From Verrucomicrobiota bacterium (GTDB lineage Bacteria > Verrucomicrobiota > Verrucomicrobiia > Chthoniobacterales > UBA6821), in assembly GCA_008932965.1 (NCBI GenBank), contig WBXG01000021.1:1-26460 (forward strand): DNA of 26,460 bases. Direction: 5' to 3'. Under the pieces are notes generated by a model. The model was not told the origin of the DNA. It worked only from the letters and a program-made list of their open reading frames with translations, and did no database searches. This document shows, in pieces, positions 1-8,766 of the stretch; positions within the stretch are counted from its first letter, which is position 1; each line of letters begins with the position of its first letter. Both the position numbers and the translations under genes were made by a program.

Positions 1-26
1 ATATAGTTCCCAATGGAAGCACAATT

Positions 27-141
27 TAAACAAAATATTTCCTACCCATCGTGATGAGGAGGCCGCGAAGGCTCATGGGGCAAGGTGCGTGAGTACTTTG
101 ACGCTGGGCTGCATCAGATTCTCTACTCTCCAACTCAAAAG
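27..141 (+). repeat. Copy B of the palindromic MITE-like repeat family. It is a truncated long form: degenerate terminal repeat, left arm and central hairpin. The right arm is absent and the copy abuts the 3' end of tRNA-Thr.
   Basis: GTGATGAGGAGGCCGCGAAGGCTCATGGGGCAAGG starting at nt 51 aligns with GTGACGAGGAGGCCGCGAAGGCTGATGGGGTAAGG at 2217 in the glnD copy (about 28/30 over the first 30 nt, about 70% after that). Similarity to the central region of the long form (CTCAAATCAAAATGTGAG versus CCAACTCAAAAGTGGAG) continues to within a few nt of the tRNA end. The terminal repeat is degenerate (TAAACAAAATATTTCCTACCCATCG). Confidence 0.6.
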
Positions 142-217
142 TGGAGCCGGCAGTCGGACTCGAACCGACGACCGGCTGATTACAAATCAGCTGCTCTACC
201 AACTGAGCTATGCCGGC
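142..217 (-). tRNA. tRNA-Thr (anticodon UGU), 76 nt with encoded CCA
   Basis: The minus strand reads GCCGGCA-TA-GCTC-AGTTGGTA-GAGC-A-GCTGA-TTTGTAA-TCAGC-CGGTC-GTCGG-TTCGAGT-CCGAC-TGCCGGC-T-CCA. It has a 7-bp acceptor stem, 4-bp D stem, 5-bp anticodon stem with a 7-nt loop (anticodon TGT) and a T arm containing GGTTCGAGTCC. Confidence 0.92.
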
Positions 218-297
218 TTTTACCAAGATTGAATCTTAGCAGGTTGAGAAGCCTTTCATAAACCCCGTTGGCGTGCAAGAACATAGTTTAACCCGTT

Positions 298-3234
298 TTA
301 TCTATTCCTTTTGACTCCATCTTTCTTTATTTCCTGAGGAATGGAATATTCCTTTAAAATTGCTCTTAACAATCGCTGATGAAGCACGGCAAGCGTCTCT
401 TTATCAGTCACTTTTTTTTCATGAGATCCTAGAATATAAAATGTATCAAATGCTGCCCTCATTTCTGTAGCAATTCGGGCACAGTTAATAGAAATGTCGT
501 GATAATGGAGTGCTCCTACTAAATCATAAAAGAGGCCCTCTCGATCTGCTGTCTCTACTTCAACGAGGGTATGACTCGGATGTGATTGATTATCGATGAA
601 TAAATACGAAGGGCCCATCGTATCGTTCTGATTTAGGGATTCGATATTATCCAAAGGAGAGAAGTTCTTATCAAAACGATCTTGAAGCTTATGACTCTGA
701 AGTTTTAAAAGTTCTTGCAGCTTTTTCTCCATTATTTTTTTTTCTTTCTCAGTTAACATGGGGTCAGCACGAACACTAGTAACCCGAAAAATATCCAGGG
801 TAAGCTGATCCTGACGTGTAAAAATATCAGCACTGAGAATATTAATTCCTGCTGCAAGAAATGCTGCAGCATAACGTTCTAGTAATTGCTCTCGATCCCA
901 TCCACATATAGAAACTTCGGTATAACCAGATTCCCTGTTCTCTTTCCACTCAATTTCTGCAGCAAGGGAGTGCCACTGTGGAGCGTTGGTGTGCATTCGC
1001 TGTTCAAAAAATGAGCGAAATAACTGCAGGTGATCCTTGATGCGTGAAGGTTCTATCGTCTTGAAATAGCGTTCTGGCATCTGTTTGAAATGAACCTCAA
1101 TTTCTTGCCCGAAATCCTCTGGTACCATTTGTTGAACTATTCTTTTTATAGCATCACGATCGTGGTGGTTTTTCTCAAAAAATGTTTTTCCTAATTCTAT
1201 ATATCTCTTTGTTTGATCATAGAGACTCCACACAAGTTGCTCTTTCCAGTCACTCCAGTGAGCATCACTTGCCCCCATTCCATCGGCTAATGTTAGAATG
1301 ATCAGTGAGTCAAGTAGGGATACTGTTTTGATCTTCTTAGCAAAATTGATGATTGTTGCAGTATCGTCCAAATCACGTGACCGAGCAACCGTTGCTAATT
1401 CGGCGTGAAATTTGACCAAGGTAATTAATAAATTTGAGCGCTCCTCAGAAAGTTCTAATCGTAATGCAACTTTTTTTGCTAGCTCTACACTGGCAAGAGC
1501 ATGATGTGAGACATTAGCTCCCTTCCCTGTGTCATGAAGTAACATTGCAAGATACAGCATGGAAGGATCATCAAGGTTTTTAAATAACTTGCTATAACGA
1601 ACTAATTTTTTGTTTGTTGTAAAAAGAAGCGAATCAATTTTTTCAAGACAGACCAGTGTATGTTCATCAGCTGTGTAGAGATGATAAAATTCATGTTGAA
1701 CTAAGCAGGTCAACGTACCAAATTCAGGAATATATTTTCCTAAAAATCCCAGATCATGCATCCTACGAAGAATAGGCCCTACATCCCCTTTTCTCGATAG
1801 AATGGTTAAAAAGATAGTGCTTATCTCCTTTGATTTTTGAAATCGTGGACTGATTTTTGAAAGGTTCCTCTTTATAAGATCGTTTAATTCAGAGGAAAAT
1901 TGAAGAGAGCCTACTTGTGCAATCTGAAAAGATTTCATCATACGCTCCGGATCTGAAAAGATTCTGGGATTTTCTGGAAACAGGACTCCTTCCCTAATGA
2001 CAAACCCAGAGAGTTTTTCTTCTTTCTTTTTTTTCTTTGAATAGGAACCTAATTTTCCTGTTTCTTTTTCGTTAAGAGGAGGTTGCAGGCGAGCGAGCAC
2101 GGCAGATGTAATTAGATAAATTTCACGTGTAATTTCATAATAATTTTTCATGAAGGCTTCACTCCTTCGAATCATACTCTGCTGTGTGTAACCTAGCCCG
2201 GATGTTTCATACTGATCGTGACGAGGAGGCCGCGAAGGCTGATGGGGTAAGGCAGGCGAGCATTTTGATGCAGGGCTGTATGTGTACATACTGCTCAAAT
2301 CAAAATGTGAGTCTAACGCAGCATCCATCTGACTTCCCGGCTTCCGTAGTAGATCAGTATGAAACATCCGGGCTAGCTTGGTTGCAACTTTTCCCTGCAG
2401 GCGCAGTGTCAATTGATCCTGAACTCTTTTCTCCTGGTAGTGCATTTCATGACGTACTTTTAGAAGAAAATCGTAATTCTTCTCTAGTTTTTTTCTTTCT
2501 TTCTCTGTAAGAAACTTTCTTTTGGTTAAATATTTAAGTTGCGACTTTGAACCATGGAAAATAGAAATCCATAGAAGATTTTGATAGTCACGAAGTCCTC
2601 CGGTTCCTAATTTTATATGTGGTTCCTGCATAAATACACTTGTACCATAGCGTTCTCGGAGTTTTCTAATATTCTCAATCCTCCATTGGATATAATTTTT
2701 TTCTTGTCCAAGGATACAGATTTTCCGGAATTTTTTTTTAAATATGTTAAATATCTTTTTTTCTCCGGTAAGAAAACGACATTCCAACACTGCTGTTTTG
2801 AAAAGCATCTCTTGATTCGCATAGGTAAATACTTCCTCTAACGAACGAGTTGAGTGTCCTACTCTAAAATCAAGATCCCATAAGGTCATTAAAATGGAGC
2901 TAATGAGCTGTTCACTTTCAGGAAGCAATTCTTTTTCCTCATATAAAAACATAATATCAATATCGCTATAGGGATTCATTTCACCTCGTCCATATCCTCC
3001 AATAGCGACAACCGACAGTCCTTGAGCAAATTTTTTTTTCTTCCCAATAAAAAAAATAAAAATACTTTTTAATAAAATATCAATGAGGTCTGAGCGTTTT
3101 TGCGCAACTTTTCTTCCACTTTCACCTTTACTATGGAGCTGATAGAGTTCCTTCTCTCGATAGTGATAAATTTTTTTTATCTGTTCTAGAGATAATTCTT
3201 CATGAAGATTTCTTTTTTTGAAAACTGATTTCAT
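298..3234 (-). CDS. glnD: Bifunctional [protein-PII] uridylyltransferase/uridylyl-removing enzyme GlnD, carrying a 60-aa in-frame insertion derived from a repeat element
   Basis: NTase motif VAIGGYGRGEMNPYSDIDIMFLY. GGLRDYQNLLWI motif. HD domain (FYHLYTADEHTL, LLHDTGKG). Two C-terminal ACT-like domains (TEVSICGWDREQLLERYAAAFLAAGINILSADIF and TLVEVETADREGLFYDLVGALHYHDISINCARI). The ORF-track start at 3276 is a TTG that overlaps the upstream gene. The first ATG (MKSVFKK) is at 3234, 13 nt after the upstream stop and directly preceded by GGAAGAGG. Confidence 0.88.
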   Translation of the reverse strand: MKSVFKKRNLHEELSLEQIKKIYHYREKELYQLHSKGESGRKVAQKRSDLIDILLKSIFIFFIGKKKKFAQGLSVVAIGGYGRGEMNPYSDIDIMFLYEEKELLPESEQLISSILMTLWDLDFRVGHSTRSLEEVFTYANQEMLFKTAVLECRFLTGEKKIFNIFKKKFRKICILGQEKNYIQWRIENIRKLRERYGTSVFMQEPHIKLGTGGLRDYQNLLWISIFHGSKSQLKYLTKRKFLTEKERKKLEKNYDFLLKVRHEMHYQEKRVQDQLTLRLQGKVATKLARMFHTDLLRKPGSQMDAALDSHFDLSSMYTYSPASKCSPALPHQPSRPPRHDQYETSGLGYTQQSMIRRSEAFMKNYYEITREIYLITSAVLARLQPPLNEKETGKLGSYSKKKKKEEKLSGFVIREGVLFPENPRIFSDPERMMKSFQIAQVGSLQFSSELNDLIKRNLSKISPRFQKSKEISTIFLTILSRKGDVGPILRRMHDLGFLGKYIPEFGTLTCLVQHEFYHLYTADEHTLVCLEKIDSLLFTTNKKLVRYSKLFKNLDDPSMLYLAMLLHDTGKGANVSHHALASVELAKKVALRLELSEERSNLLITLVKFHAELATVARSRDLDDTATIINFAKKIKTVSLLDSLIILTLADGMGASDAHWSDWKEQLVWSLYDQTKRYIELGKTFFEKNHHDRDAIKRIVQQMVPEDFGQEIEVHFKQMPERYFKTIEPSRIKDHLQLFRSFFEQRMHTNAPQWHSLAAEIEWKENRESGYTEVSICGWDREQLLERYAAAFLAAGINILSADIFTRQDQLTLDIFRVTSVRADPMLTEKEKKIMEKKLQELLKLQSHKLQDRFDKNFSPLDNIESLNQNDTMGPSYLFIDNQSHPSHTLVEVETADREGLFYDLVGALHYHDISINCARIATEMRAAFDTFYILGSHEKKVTDKETLAVLHQRLLRAILKEYSIPQEIKKDGVKRNR
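2194..2375 (+). mobile_element. Copy A, the full-length long form of the palindromic MITE-like element: 178 bp (2196-2373) flanked by TA on both sides, located inside the glnD coding sequence
   Basis: Perfect 23-bp terminal inverted repeats AGCCCGGATGTTTCATACTGATC (2195-2217) and GATCAGTATGAAACATCCGGGCT (2352-2374). TA at 2194-2195 and 2374-2375. Internal arms are partly complementary. The central hairpin is CATTTTGAT...ATCAAAATG around GTATGT-GT-ACATAC. Homologous copies occur at seven other places in the window. Confidence 0.85.
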
Positions 3235-3247
3235 CCTCTTCCGTATT

Positions 3248-4171
3248 TTAAGGATTTTTATTTTGATGAATGACAATTTCTACACGCCGATTGAGGCTCT
3301 GTTGTTCAATAGATCCAGTGCTCGGAACTAGGAAATGGGTCTTTCCTAGTCCATAAGCTTGGATTTGGTTGGGATTAATGAGCTCTTTTTTGATAAGCCA
3401 CTCTTTAATAGTATTAGCCCGGCGTGTGCTCAAATTCATATTAAACTCATCACTTCCAAAATTATCAGTAAATCCCTCTACGATAAACTGAGCTTTTGGA
3501 TTGCGCTGAATGAGAAGAGCTAGCTTTTTTAGACTGTTTTCAGCCTCTTTCTTTAATTGATCTGCGTTATATTCAAAAAGTAAATCGGTCGGGAGTAATA
3601 TCGGAGCTGTTTGCGAGGAAAGAACTGTTTTTTCCTCAATGAGTTGATCAAGCCTGCTATAGGTTGCTACACTCTTTTGTTTATCCAATCCTATATCTTC
3701 TAAGGTACTCTCCTTGGTGGTTGAATCAAAGGCGAGTAGGGGCTGATTATCCCTAGGTCTACCTTCTGGAAGAATTATATTTTCACTAAGTACCTCCGGT
3801 TTATCTTCTAAAAAATCATTGTTATCAATCAAACTAGGTTTAGGGTTATTATTTTGAAGAGGGCTCTCTAAAGAAAAACTCTCTGTTTTTTGTATTCCTA
3901 AATCGACTTCATGTTGAATAATATTCGTTTTTTTATCTTTAAACTCTTCTAAAATTACTGGATCTATTTTTACACTTTCCAAATGAAATCTTCTTGGGAC
4001 AATACTATCAAAAGTTGATGGGTTAAATGTCCCTATTTCTAGATTTTTTATCCTATCAAAAAGAAAAAGATGTATGGATATCGATGCGATAATAGATCCT
4101 ATAAACCAACCACAAAAATTAATATCCCTTGGATCAAACTTTCTTTGATAATCTCTCTTTCTTTTATTCAT
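3248..4171 (-). CDS. OmpA/MotB-domain protein with an N-terminal membrane anchor (peptidoglycan-associated)
   Basis: N-terminal hydrophobic helix FCGWFIGSIIASISIHLFLF. C-terminal OmpA-like domain (FEYNADQL...IVEGFTDNFGSDEFNMNLSTRRANTIKEWLI...GLGKTHFLVP...NRRVEIVI). ATG start at 4171. Confidence 0.8.
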   Translation of the reverse strand: MNKRKRDYQRKFDPRDINFCGWFIGSIIASISIHLFLFDRIKNLEIGTFNPSTFDSIVPRRFHLESVKIDPVILEEFKDKKTNIIQHEVDLGIQKTESFSLESPLQNNNPKPSLIDNNDFLEDKPEVLSENIILPEGRPRDNQPLLAFDSTTKESTLEDIGLDKQKSVATYSRLDQLIEEKTVLSSQTAPILLPTDLLFEYNADQLKKEAENSLKKLALLIQRNPKAQFIVEGFTDNFGSDEFNMNLSTRRANTIKEWLIKKELINPNQIQAYGLGKTHFLVPSTGSIEQQSLNRRVEIVIHQNKNP

Positions 4172-4457
4172 TTCTATGGTGACTCTAAATCAATTCACAT
4201 TCTCTATGAGGTTTAAATTCTTTTAAATTCTAACTCATCATAATAATAAAGTGAATAAATTCATACTATATTGATAACTAGCTTGCAAATCTGTATGTTA
4301 AGATTTTTAAATGCGTTAATAAGCCTCTTTATTATTAAAGAATAACTTGGTAAAGTGGGGCTACCCTTGTTCCATAGAACAAATTGTTATAACACTATAA
4401 CATCTATTCACACTTTATTATCACACTTATTGGTCTTTTTAAAAAAAGAACTATGTT

Positions 4458-6317
4458 ATGGATTTTTTTGATTACCCTACCCATTACCAAGTAATTATTG
4501 TGGGATCTGGACATGCTGGTGTCGAGGCAGCATGTGCCTCAGCTCGTTTGGGATGTAAGACATTACTTCTGACACAGAATGTAGATACGATTGCTCAAAT
4601 GTCCTGTAATCCTGCCATTGGAGGATCTGCAAAAGGACATATTGTAAGAGAAATCGATGCATTAGGAGGAATGATGGGACTTAATGCTGATGCTACAGGC
4701 ATTCAATTTCGCATGCTCAACGCTAGTAAAGGACCAAGTATAAGAGCTCCACGCGCCCAGTGTGATAAGAAAGCTTATCAATTTAGGATGAAAGCCTTAT
4801 TAGAAAACACAGCAAATCTGACAATAACTCAAGCATCTGTTGAAAAGTTGTTGACGAAAGGAGATCAAATTGTGGGAGTAGAGACAAACTTTGGCATTAG
4901 ATACTCCACCTCAGCAGTTGTTATTACAACTGGAACATTCATGCGAGGACTCACACATGTTGGTAAAAGAAGCTCACCCGGAGGAAGAATGGCAGATACT
5001 TCTTCGGGAATCAGTCATGAACTAGAAAAATTAGGATTCCACTTAGGTCGTTTCAAAACAGGAACACCATGTCGCCTTTTGGCTTCTTCGATCAATTTTG
5101 ACGAATGTGAACCACAAATAGGAGATGAAAACCCATCCCCCTTTTCTCATATCCGTGAAACACTCGTAAAAAATATTCACGATGTCCATACGCTCAACTA
5201 TGTTGATAAAGAAATATTCCACGTGGAACAAATTCCCTGCTGGATTACCTACACTAATGAAAAGACACATGATATTATTCGCTCTAACATAGATCGTTCG
5301 CCTCTTTACTCGGGAATGATTGATGGAGTAGGTCCACGTTACTGTCCTTCCATCGAGGATAAAGTAATCAAGTTCTCTGAGAAGCCACGGCATCAGATAT
5401 TCCTAGAGCCTGAAGGCCGGCATACTGGAGAAATTTATGTCAATGGAATCTCTACGAGCCTCCCCTTTGAAGTCCAATATAACTTTGTGAGATCCATAGA
5501 GGGTCTCGAGAAGGCAGAGATTTTACGTCCAGGCTATGCGGTTGAATACGATTATTGTTTTCCAAATCAACTCTACTCAACCCTCGAAACAAAAAAAATC
5601 AGTGGTCTCTATTTTGCTGGTCAGATAAATGGAACTTCTGGTTATGAAGAGGCTGCAGGTCAGGGCTTGGTCGCAGGGGCTAATGCAGCGCTAAAAGTTT
5701 TAATGAAAGCACCACTCCTTCTTGGTAGGGAGGAGTCCTATATTGGTGTGATGATAGATGATCTCATTACCCGTGGGACCCCGGAGCCTTACCGTATGTT
5801 TACAAGCAGGGCTGAATATCGTTTACGTCTCAGGCAGGATAATTGCGATATAAGACTCACAGAAAAAGCAATTAATTTAGGATTAGCATGTAATTACCGA
5901 ACTGAATCCTATCATAAAAAAATAAAAACTATAAAAGCACTTCAGGATAAATTATCTCAAATGTGCTATCAAGGAATCGCAATGAATCTCTGGTTGAGGC
6001 GTCCAGAAAATAAAGCAGCATTGCTACCAGATGAGTATAGAGAGGAGTATAGCCCGGAAATTTGGTCTCTCATTGAAACAGATTTAAAATTTGAGGGTTA
6101 TTTAAAGCGTGAAGAACTTCAAATTCAGCGTGCCAAAAAACAGGAAGAGAAAAAAATTCCCACTGATATTGATTATACCAGTATTCCAAGTTTGAGTTCT
6201 GAGGCACGTCAGAAACTTACAGAATTTACCCCAGCTTCATTGCGGCAAGCTTCTAAGATTAGTGGGATCACTCCTGCTGATATTGATGTATTAACTATAT
6301 GGCTATCAAAAAGATAG
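4458..6317 (+). CDS. mnmG: tRNA uridine 5-carboxymethylaminomethyl modification enzyme MnmG (GidA)
   Basis: 619 aa. FAD-binding N-terminus [21 protein letters not shown], then [52 protein letters not shown] and C-terminal [15 protein letters not shown]. All are characteristic of the MnmG family. Confidence 0.95.
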   Translation: MDFFDYPTHYQVIIVGSGHAGVEAACASARLGCKTLLLTQNVDTIAQMSCNPAIGGSAKGHIVREIDALGGMMGLNADATGIQFRMLNASKGPSIRAPRAQCDKKAYQFRMKALLENTANLTITQASVEKLLTKGDQIVGVETNFGIRYSTSAVVITTGTFMRGLTHVGKRSSPGGRMADTSSGISHELEKLGFHLGRFKTGTPCRLLASSINFDECEPQIGDENPSPFSHIRETLVKNIHDVHTLNYVDKEIFHVEQIPCWITYTNEKTHDIIRSNIDRSPLYSGMIDGVGPRYCPSIEDKVIKFSEKPRHQIFLEPEGRHTGEIYVNGISTSLPFEVQYNFVRSIEGLEKAEILRPGYAVEYDYCFPNQLYSTLETKKISGLYFAGQINGTSGYEEAAGQGLVAGANAALKVLMKAPLLLGREESYIGVMIDDLITRGTPEPYRMFTSRAEYRLRLRQDNCDIRLTEKAINLGLACNYRTESYHKKIKTIKALQDKLSQMCYQGIAMNLWLRRPENKAALLPDEYREEYSPEIWSLIETDLKFEGYLKREELQIQRAKKQEEKKIPTDIDYTSIPSLSSEARQKLTEFTPASLRQASKISGITPADIDVLTIWLSKR

Positions 6318-6325
6318 ATTGTCTT

Positions 6326-6393
6326 TAAGGGGTTAGTTATTTTCATCAAATTATCTGCGGAAGCTGGGAAACCAGTATGAAATATGCAGGTTA
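6326..6393 (-). repeat. Copy C1 of the repeat family, a mini form of about 68 bp
   Basis: The right terminal repeat ACCAGTATGAAATATGCAGGTTA is well conserved. The internal TCTGCGGAAGCTGGGAA matches the arm CTGCGGAAGTCGGGAAG of copy E. The left terminal repeat is degenerate (GGTTAGTTATTTTCATCAAATTA). Confidence 0.55.
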
Positions 6394-6447
6394 GACCCCT
6401 AGCTTTGAGGCCCCCCTCGCTACGATTAGTAGGAAACATCCGAGTTA
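6394..6447 (-). repeat. Copy C2 of the repeat family, a single-arm fragment adjacent to C1
   Basis: TTGAGGCCCCCCTCGCTACGATTAGTAGGAAACATCCGAGTTA aligns with the reverse complement of the left arm of copy A (CGCGGCCTCCTCGTCACGATCAGTATGAAACATCCGGGCTA). Confidence 0.55.
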
Positions 6448-6518
6448 ATAATCTCATTTTAGGATAATTTATAATTATTTTTGACGACAAATTCTAAGAG
6501 AGCGATTAATATGACCCG

Positions 6519-7904
6519 ATGGCGATAATTCCTTATGATCTTGTTGTAATTGGTGGTGGTCCAGCTGGCTACGTGGGTGCAATCAGGGCTGCTCATCTCG
6601 GTAAAAAAGTGGCTGTTGTAGAAAAAGAGCGCGCTGGAGGAACTTGTCTCAATTGGGGCTGCATTCCAACAAAGTCACTCTTACGTAATGCGGAAATCTT
6701 CTCACTGATGAAGCTTCATGCTGATGACTTTGGGCTTAGCTTTTCAGAGCTTGATTACGACTGGACAAAGGTCATCGGGCGCTCCCGTAAAGTTGCTGAT
6801 AAATTAGCAGGAGGGATCGAGTTTCTACTCAAAAAGAATAAAATAGATTATATTCTTGGTGAAGCTACGATTCCAAAGTCAGGGCAGGTTCATGTGCAAA
6901 AATTGGATAGCACTGAAGTGCAATTAGCTGCTCCTAAAATTCTCATTTGTACTGGTGTCACAACACGTGAGATGCCAGGATTTCCGATGAATGGAACCTC
7001 GGTAATTGGGAGTCGTCAGGCTATGGCACTGCCCACACAGCCAAAAGAAATTATTATTATTGGTGCAGGAGCTATTGGAATTGAGTTTGCTTACTTCTTT
7101 AATGCCTTTGGTACAAAAGTAACTGTTATTGAAATGATGCCACATATTTTGCCGGTAGAAGATACCGAGGTGAGTGTGGCACTCGAAAAGGTGCTAACCA
7201 AAAAAGGAATTAATTTTTTAACCTCCACGCAAGTAGAAAAAATAGAAGCAAGTTCAGAGCGTGTTTCAATTACGATTTCTGGAAAAAAGAATGAAACCCT
7301 TTCTGCTGATGTAGCTCTTGTTGCTATTGGAGTGACTTCACTTTTACCAGGGGGAATGACCTTCAAGCTCGATCCCAAAGGATATTTGGCTGTCAATGAT
7401 AACTACGAAACAAATGTTCCTGGTGTTTATGGAGCGGGAGATATTATTGGTCCTCCTTGGCTTGCTCATGTTGCTAGCTGGGAAGCCATACAAGCAGTTG
7501 AAGGAATCTTTGGAAAAAGAAAACCCCAACGCAGGCGCGTTTTTCCTGGATGTACATACTGTCAGCCCCAAGTCGCTAGTGTGGGCCTCACAGAGCGAGC
7601 TGCTAAAGAGAAAGGAATGAATGTTAAGGTGGGAAAATTTCCTTTCCAAGCAAGTGGTAAGGCTCAGGCGATGGGAGAAACAGAGGGTTTTGTGAAGCTT
7701 CTTTTCAATGAGCCCCATGGTGAAATCGTAGGTGCCCACATCATCGGCTCGGAGGCAACTGAAATGATCGCAGAGCTTGGACTAGCTATTACCCTAGAGG
7801 CAACCTATGAAGATATTGCTAGCACCATCCATGCCCATCCTACCTTGAGTGAAGCAGTCATGGAAGCAACTGAGGCCACCCACGGAAATGCGATTCATAT
7901 TTAA
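6519..7904 (+). CDS. lpdA: Dihydrolipoyl dehydrogenase (E3 component, pyridine nucleotide-disulfide oxidoreductase)
   Basis: 461 aa. FAD-binding motif VVIGGGPAGY. Redox-active disulfide GGTCLNWGCIPTK. NAD-binding motif IIIGAGAIGIEFA. GDIIGPPWLAHVA. C-terminal dimerisation motif with HAHPTLSE. Confidence 0.9.
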   Translation: MAIIPYDLVVIGGGPAGYVGAIRAAHLGKKVAVVEKERAGGTCLNWGCIPTKSLLRNAEIFSLMKLHADDFGLSFSELDYDWTKVIGRSRKVADKLAGGIEFLLKKNKIDYILGEATIPKSGQVHVQKLDSTEVQLAAPKILICTGVTTREMPGFPMNGTSVIGSRQAMALPTQPKEIIIIGAGAIGIEFAYFFNAFGTKVTVIEMMPHILPVEDTEVSVALEKVLTKKGINFLTSTQVEKIEASSERVSITISGKKNETLSADVALVAIGVTSLLPGGMTFKLDPKGYLAVNDNYETNVPGVYGAGDIIGPPWLAHVASWEAIQAVEGIFGKRKPQRRRVFPGCTYCQPQVASVGLTERAAKEKGMNVKVGKFPFQASGKAQAMGETEGFVKLLFNEPHGEIVGAHIIGSEATEMIAELGLAITLEATYEDIASTIHAHPTLSEAVMEATEATHGNAIHI

Positions 7905-7908
7905 AATA

Positions 7909-7980
7909 GGACTGAAAATTTCTAACTTCTCGGTGCTATCATTCCTGCCTTACTAAAATGAGTATGAAATATTAGGGCTA
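7909..7980. repeat. Copy D of the repeat family, a degenerate mini form
   Basis: The right end TTCCTGCCTTACTAAAATGAGTATGAAATATTAGGGCTA parallels TTCCCGGCTTCCGTAGTAGATCAGTATGAAACATCCGGGCTA of copy A. The left end GACTGAAAATTTCTAACTTCTCGG matches the terminal repeat only weakly. Confidence 0.4.
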
Positions 7981-7999
7981 ATCCCAAAAGCATTCCTTC

Positions 8000-8368
8000 A
8001 TGACTTCCAAAAAGTATACTCAATTTATAAGGAAGCGTGTTTTACAAGAATGGCGTGGATTGCCTCAGGAGAGATGTCTTGAACAAAGTTCCGATGTTTC
8101 AGAAGTGCTAAGTCAGGTTATTCAAAAATTAGGACTAAAAAAGCGTTTTCAAGAAGAAGAGATCATGAGCGTGTGGCACGAGATTGTGGGAGATTTTCTG
8201 GCATCTCACTCAGAACCGTTGCAGCTGCGGTATGGGACTCTCTATGTGCGTGTCATTCAGCCAACCGTTCGTTATGAGCTAGATCGAGTATGGAAGGGAG
8301 AAATTGTTCGTAAACTCCAAGAGCGTTTTGGAAGCACTAAGATTCGCGATATGAAGCTCAGTTTTTAA
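8000..8368 (+). CDS. DUF721-family protein (DciA-like small protein)
   Basis: 122 aa. The pattern W-x-EIVG-x-FLASHSEPLQLRYGTLYVRVIQPTVRYELDRVWKGEIVRKLQERFGSTKIRDMKL matches my recollection of the DUF721 signature (W..ivG......h..p......g.L.v.v.....EL......i...l). It lies 3 nt upstream of folB. Confidence 0.65.
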   Translation: MTSKKYTQFIRKRVLQEWRGLPQERCLEQSSDVSEVLSQVIQKLGLKKRFQEEEIMSVWHEIVGDFLASHSEPLQLRYGTLYVRVIQPTVRYELDRVWKGEIVRKLQERFGSTKIRDMKLSF

Positions 8369-8371
8369 ATT

Positions 8372-8734
8372 ATGGAGCGAATTATCGAAATAAAGTCCCT
8401 TGAAGTGATAACATCCATCGGGGTATCCAAGGAAGAACAAGCAATGAAGCAGCAACTTTTATGTGACCTTCGATTTACTGCGTGCACGCAGCAAGAATCA
8501 TTGGAGGATGAACTCTCCGCTACTATCGACTATGTTGCAATCAGCCGCTGCGTACAGGAAGTTGCAAGTGAAGCCCCAAGGAAACTTTTAGAAACATTAG
8601 CTGACGACATAACAAAATTTTTAATTCTGAAATTTGAGATTCTTTGGATAGAGCTCACGCTCCAAAAATTTATTCTCCCCAATACAAAATATGTTGCAGT
8701 ATCAGTGCGACGCGAAAGAGGGTCTCTTCTTTAA
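8372..8734 (+). CDS. folB: Dihydroneopterin aldolase (FolB family)
   Basis: 120 aa. The layout I-x-I-x-L-x-V-x-T-x-IGV-x-x-EE-x-x-x-Q-x-L...DEL-x-x-TIDYVAISRCV...KLLETLADDI is typical of FolB-family proteins. Confidence 0.7.
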   Translation: MERIIEIKSLEVITSIGVSKEEQAMKQQLLCDLRFTACTQQESLEDELSATIDYVAISRCVQEVASEAPRKLLETLADDITKFLILKFEILWIELTLQKFILPNTKYVAVSVRRERGSLL

Positions 8735-8766
8735 GGTCGATGTAAAAAGAAAGATAGGGGATCGCC

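Noticed and set aside
26-226. 66-aa minus-strand ORF
   Set aside because: It is made up of the tRNA-Thr gene plus the repeat copy B, so it is an ORF-caller artefact.
218-297. A possible tRNA-Thr promoter (TTATGA-N17-TAAGAT on the minus strand)
   Set aside because: Both hexamers are weak matches, and the spacing to the mature tRNA 5' end is only approximate. This is not enough support to report it as a feature.
286-300. TTTAACCCGTTTTA next to the glnD stop, resembling the start of the terminal repeat
   Set aside because: The match covers only about 8 nt (TAACCCG) and has no continuation into the TTTCATAC core.
142-2375. The idea that the right arm of the repeat derives from the tRNA-Thr body (a SINE-like origin)
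   Set aside because: Beyond the trailer-like central module, similarity to the tRNA is limited to short strings (CCGGCT, ATCAG) at roughly matching spacing. The first 19 aligned positions show about 5 matches, which is the level expected by chance.
2184-2510. 108-aa plus-strand ORF antisense to glnD, spanning the repeat element
   Set aside because: It lies entirely inside the well-supported glnD CDS. It is open only because the palindromic element reads similarly on both strands (ARMFHTD...DQYETSGLA). It has no independent coding evidence.
298-3276. glnD as a pseudogene disrupted by a mobile element
   Set aside because: The insertion is exactly 180 nt, it introduces no stop, and all GlnD domains (NTase, HD, two ACT) remain in one frame. 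Intact-with-insert is the better-supported reading, although function is untested.
5043-7739. Several antisense or alternate-frame ORFs inside mnmG and lpdA (5043-5393, 6924-7145, 7091-7396, 7344-7739, 7396-7620)
   Set aside because: They are nested within strongly supported conserved genes and have no motifs, so they are typical shadow ORFs.
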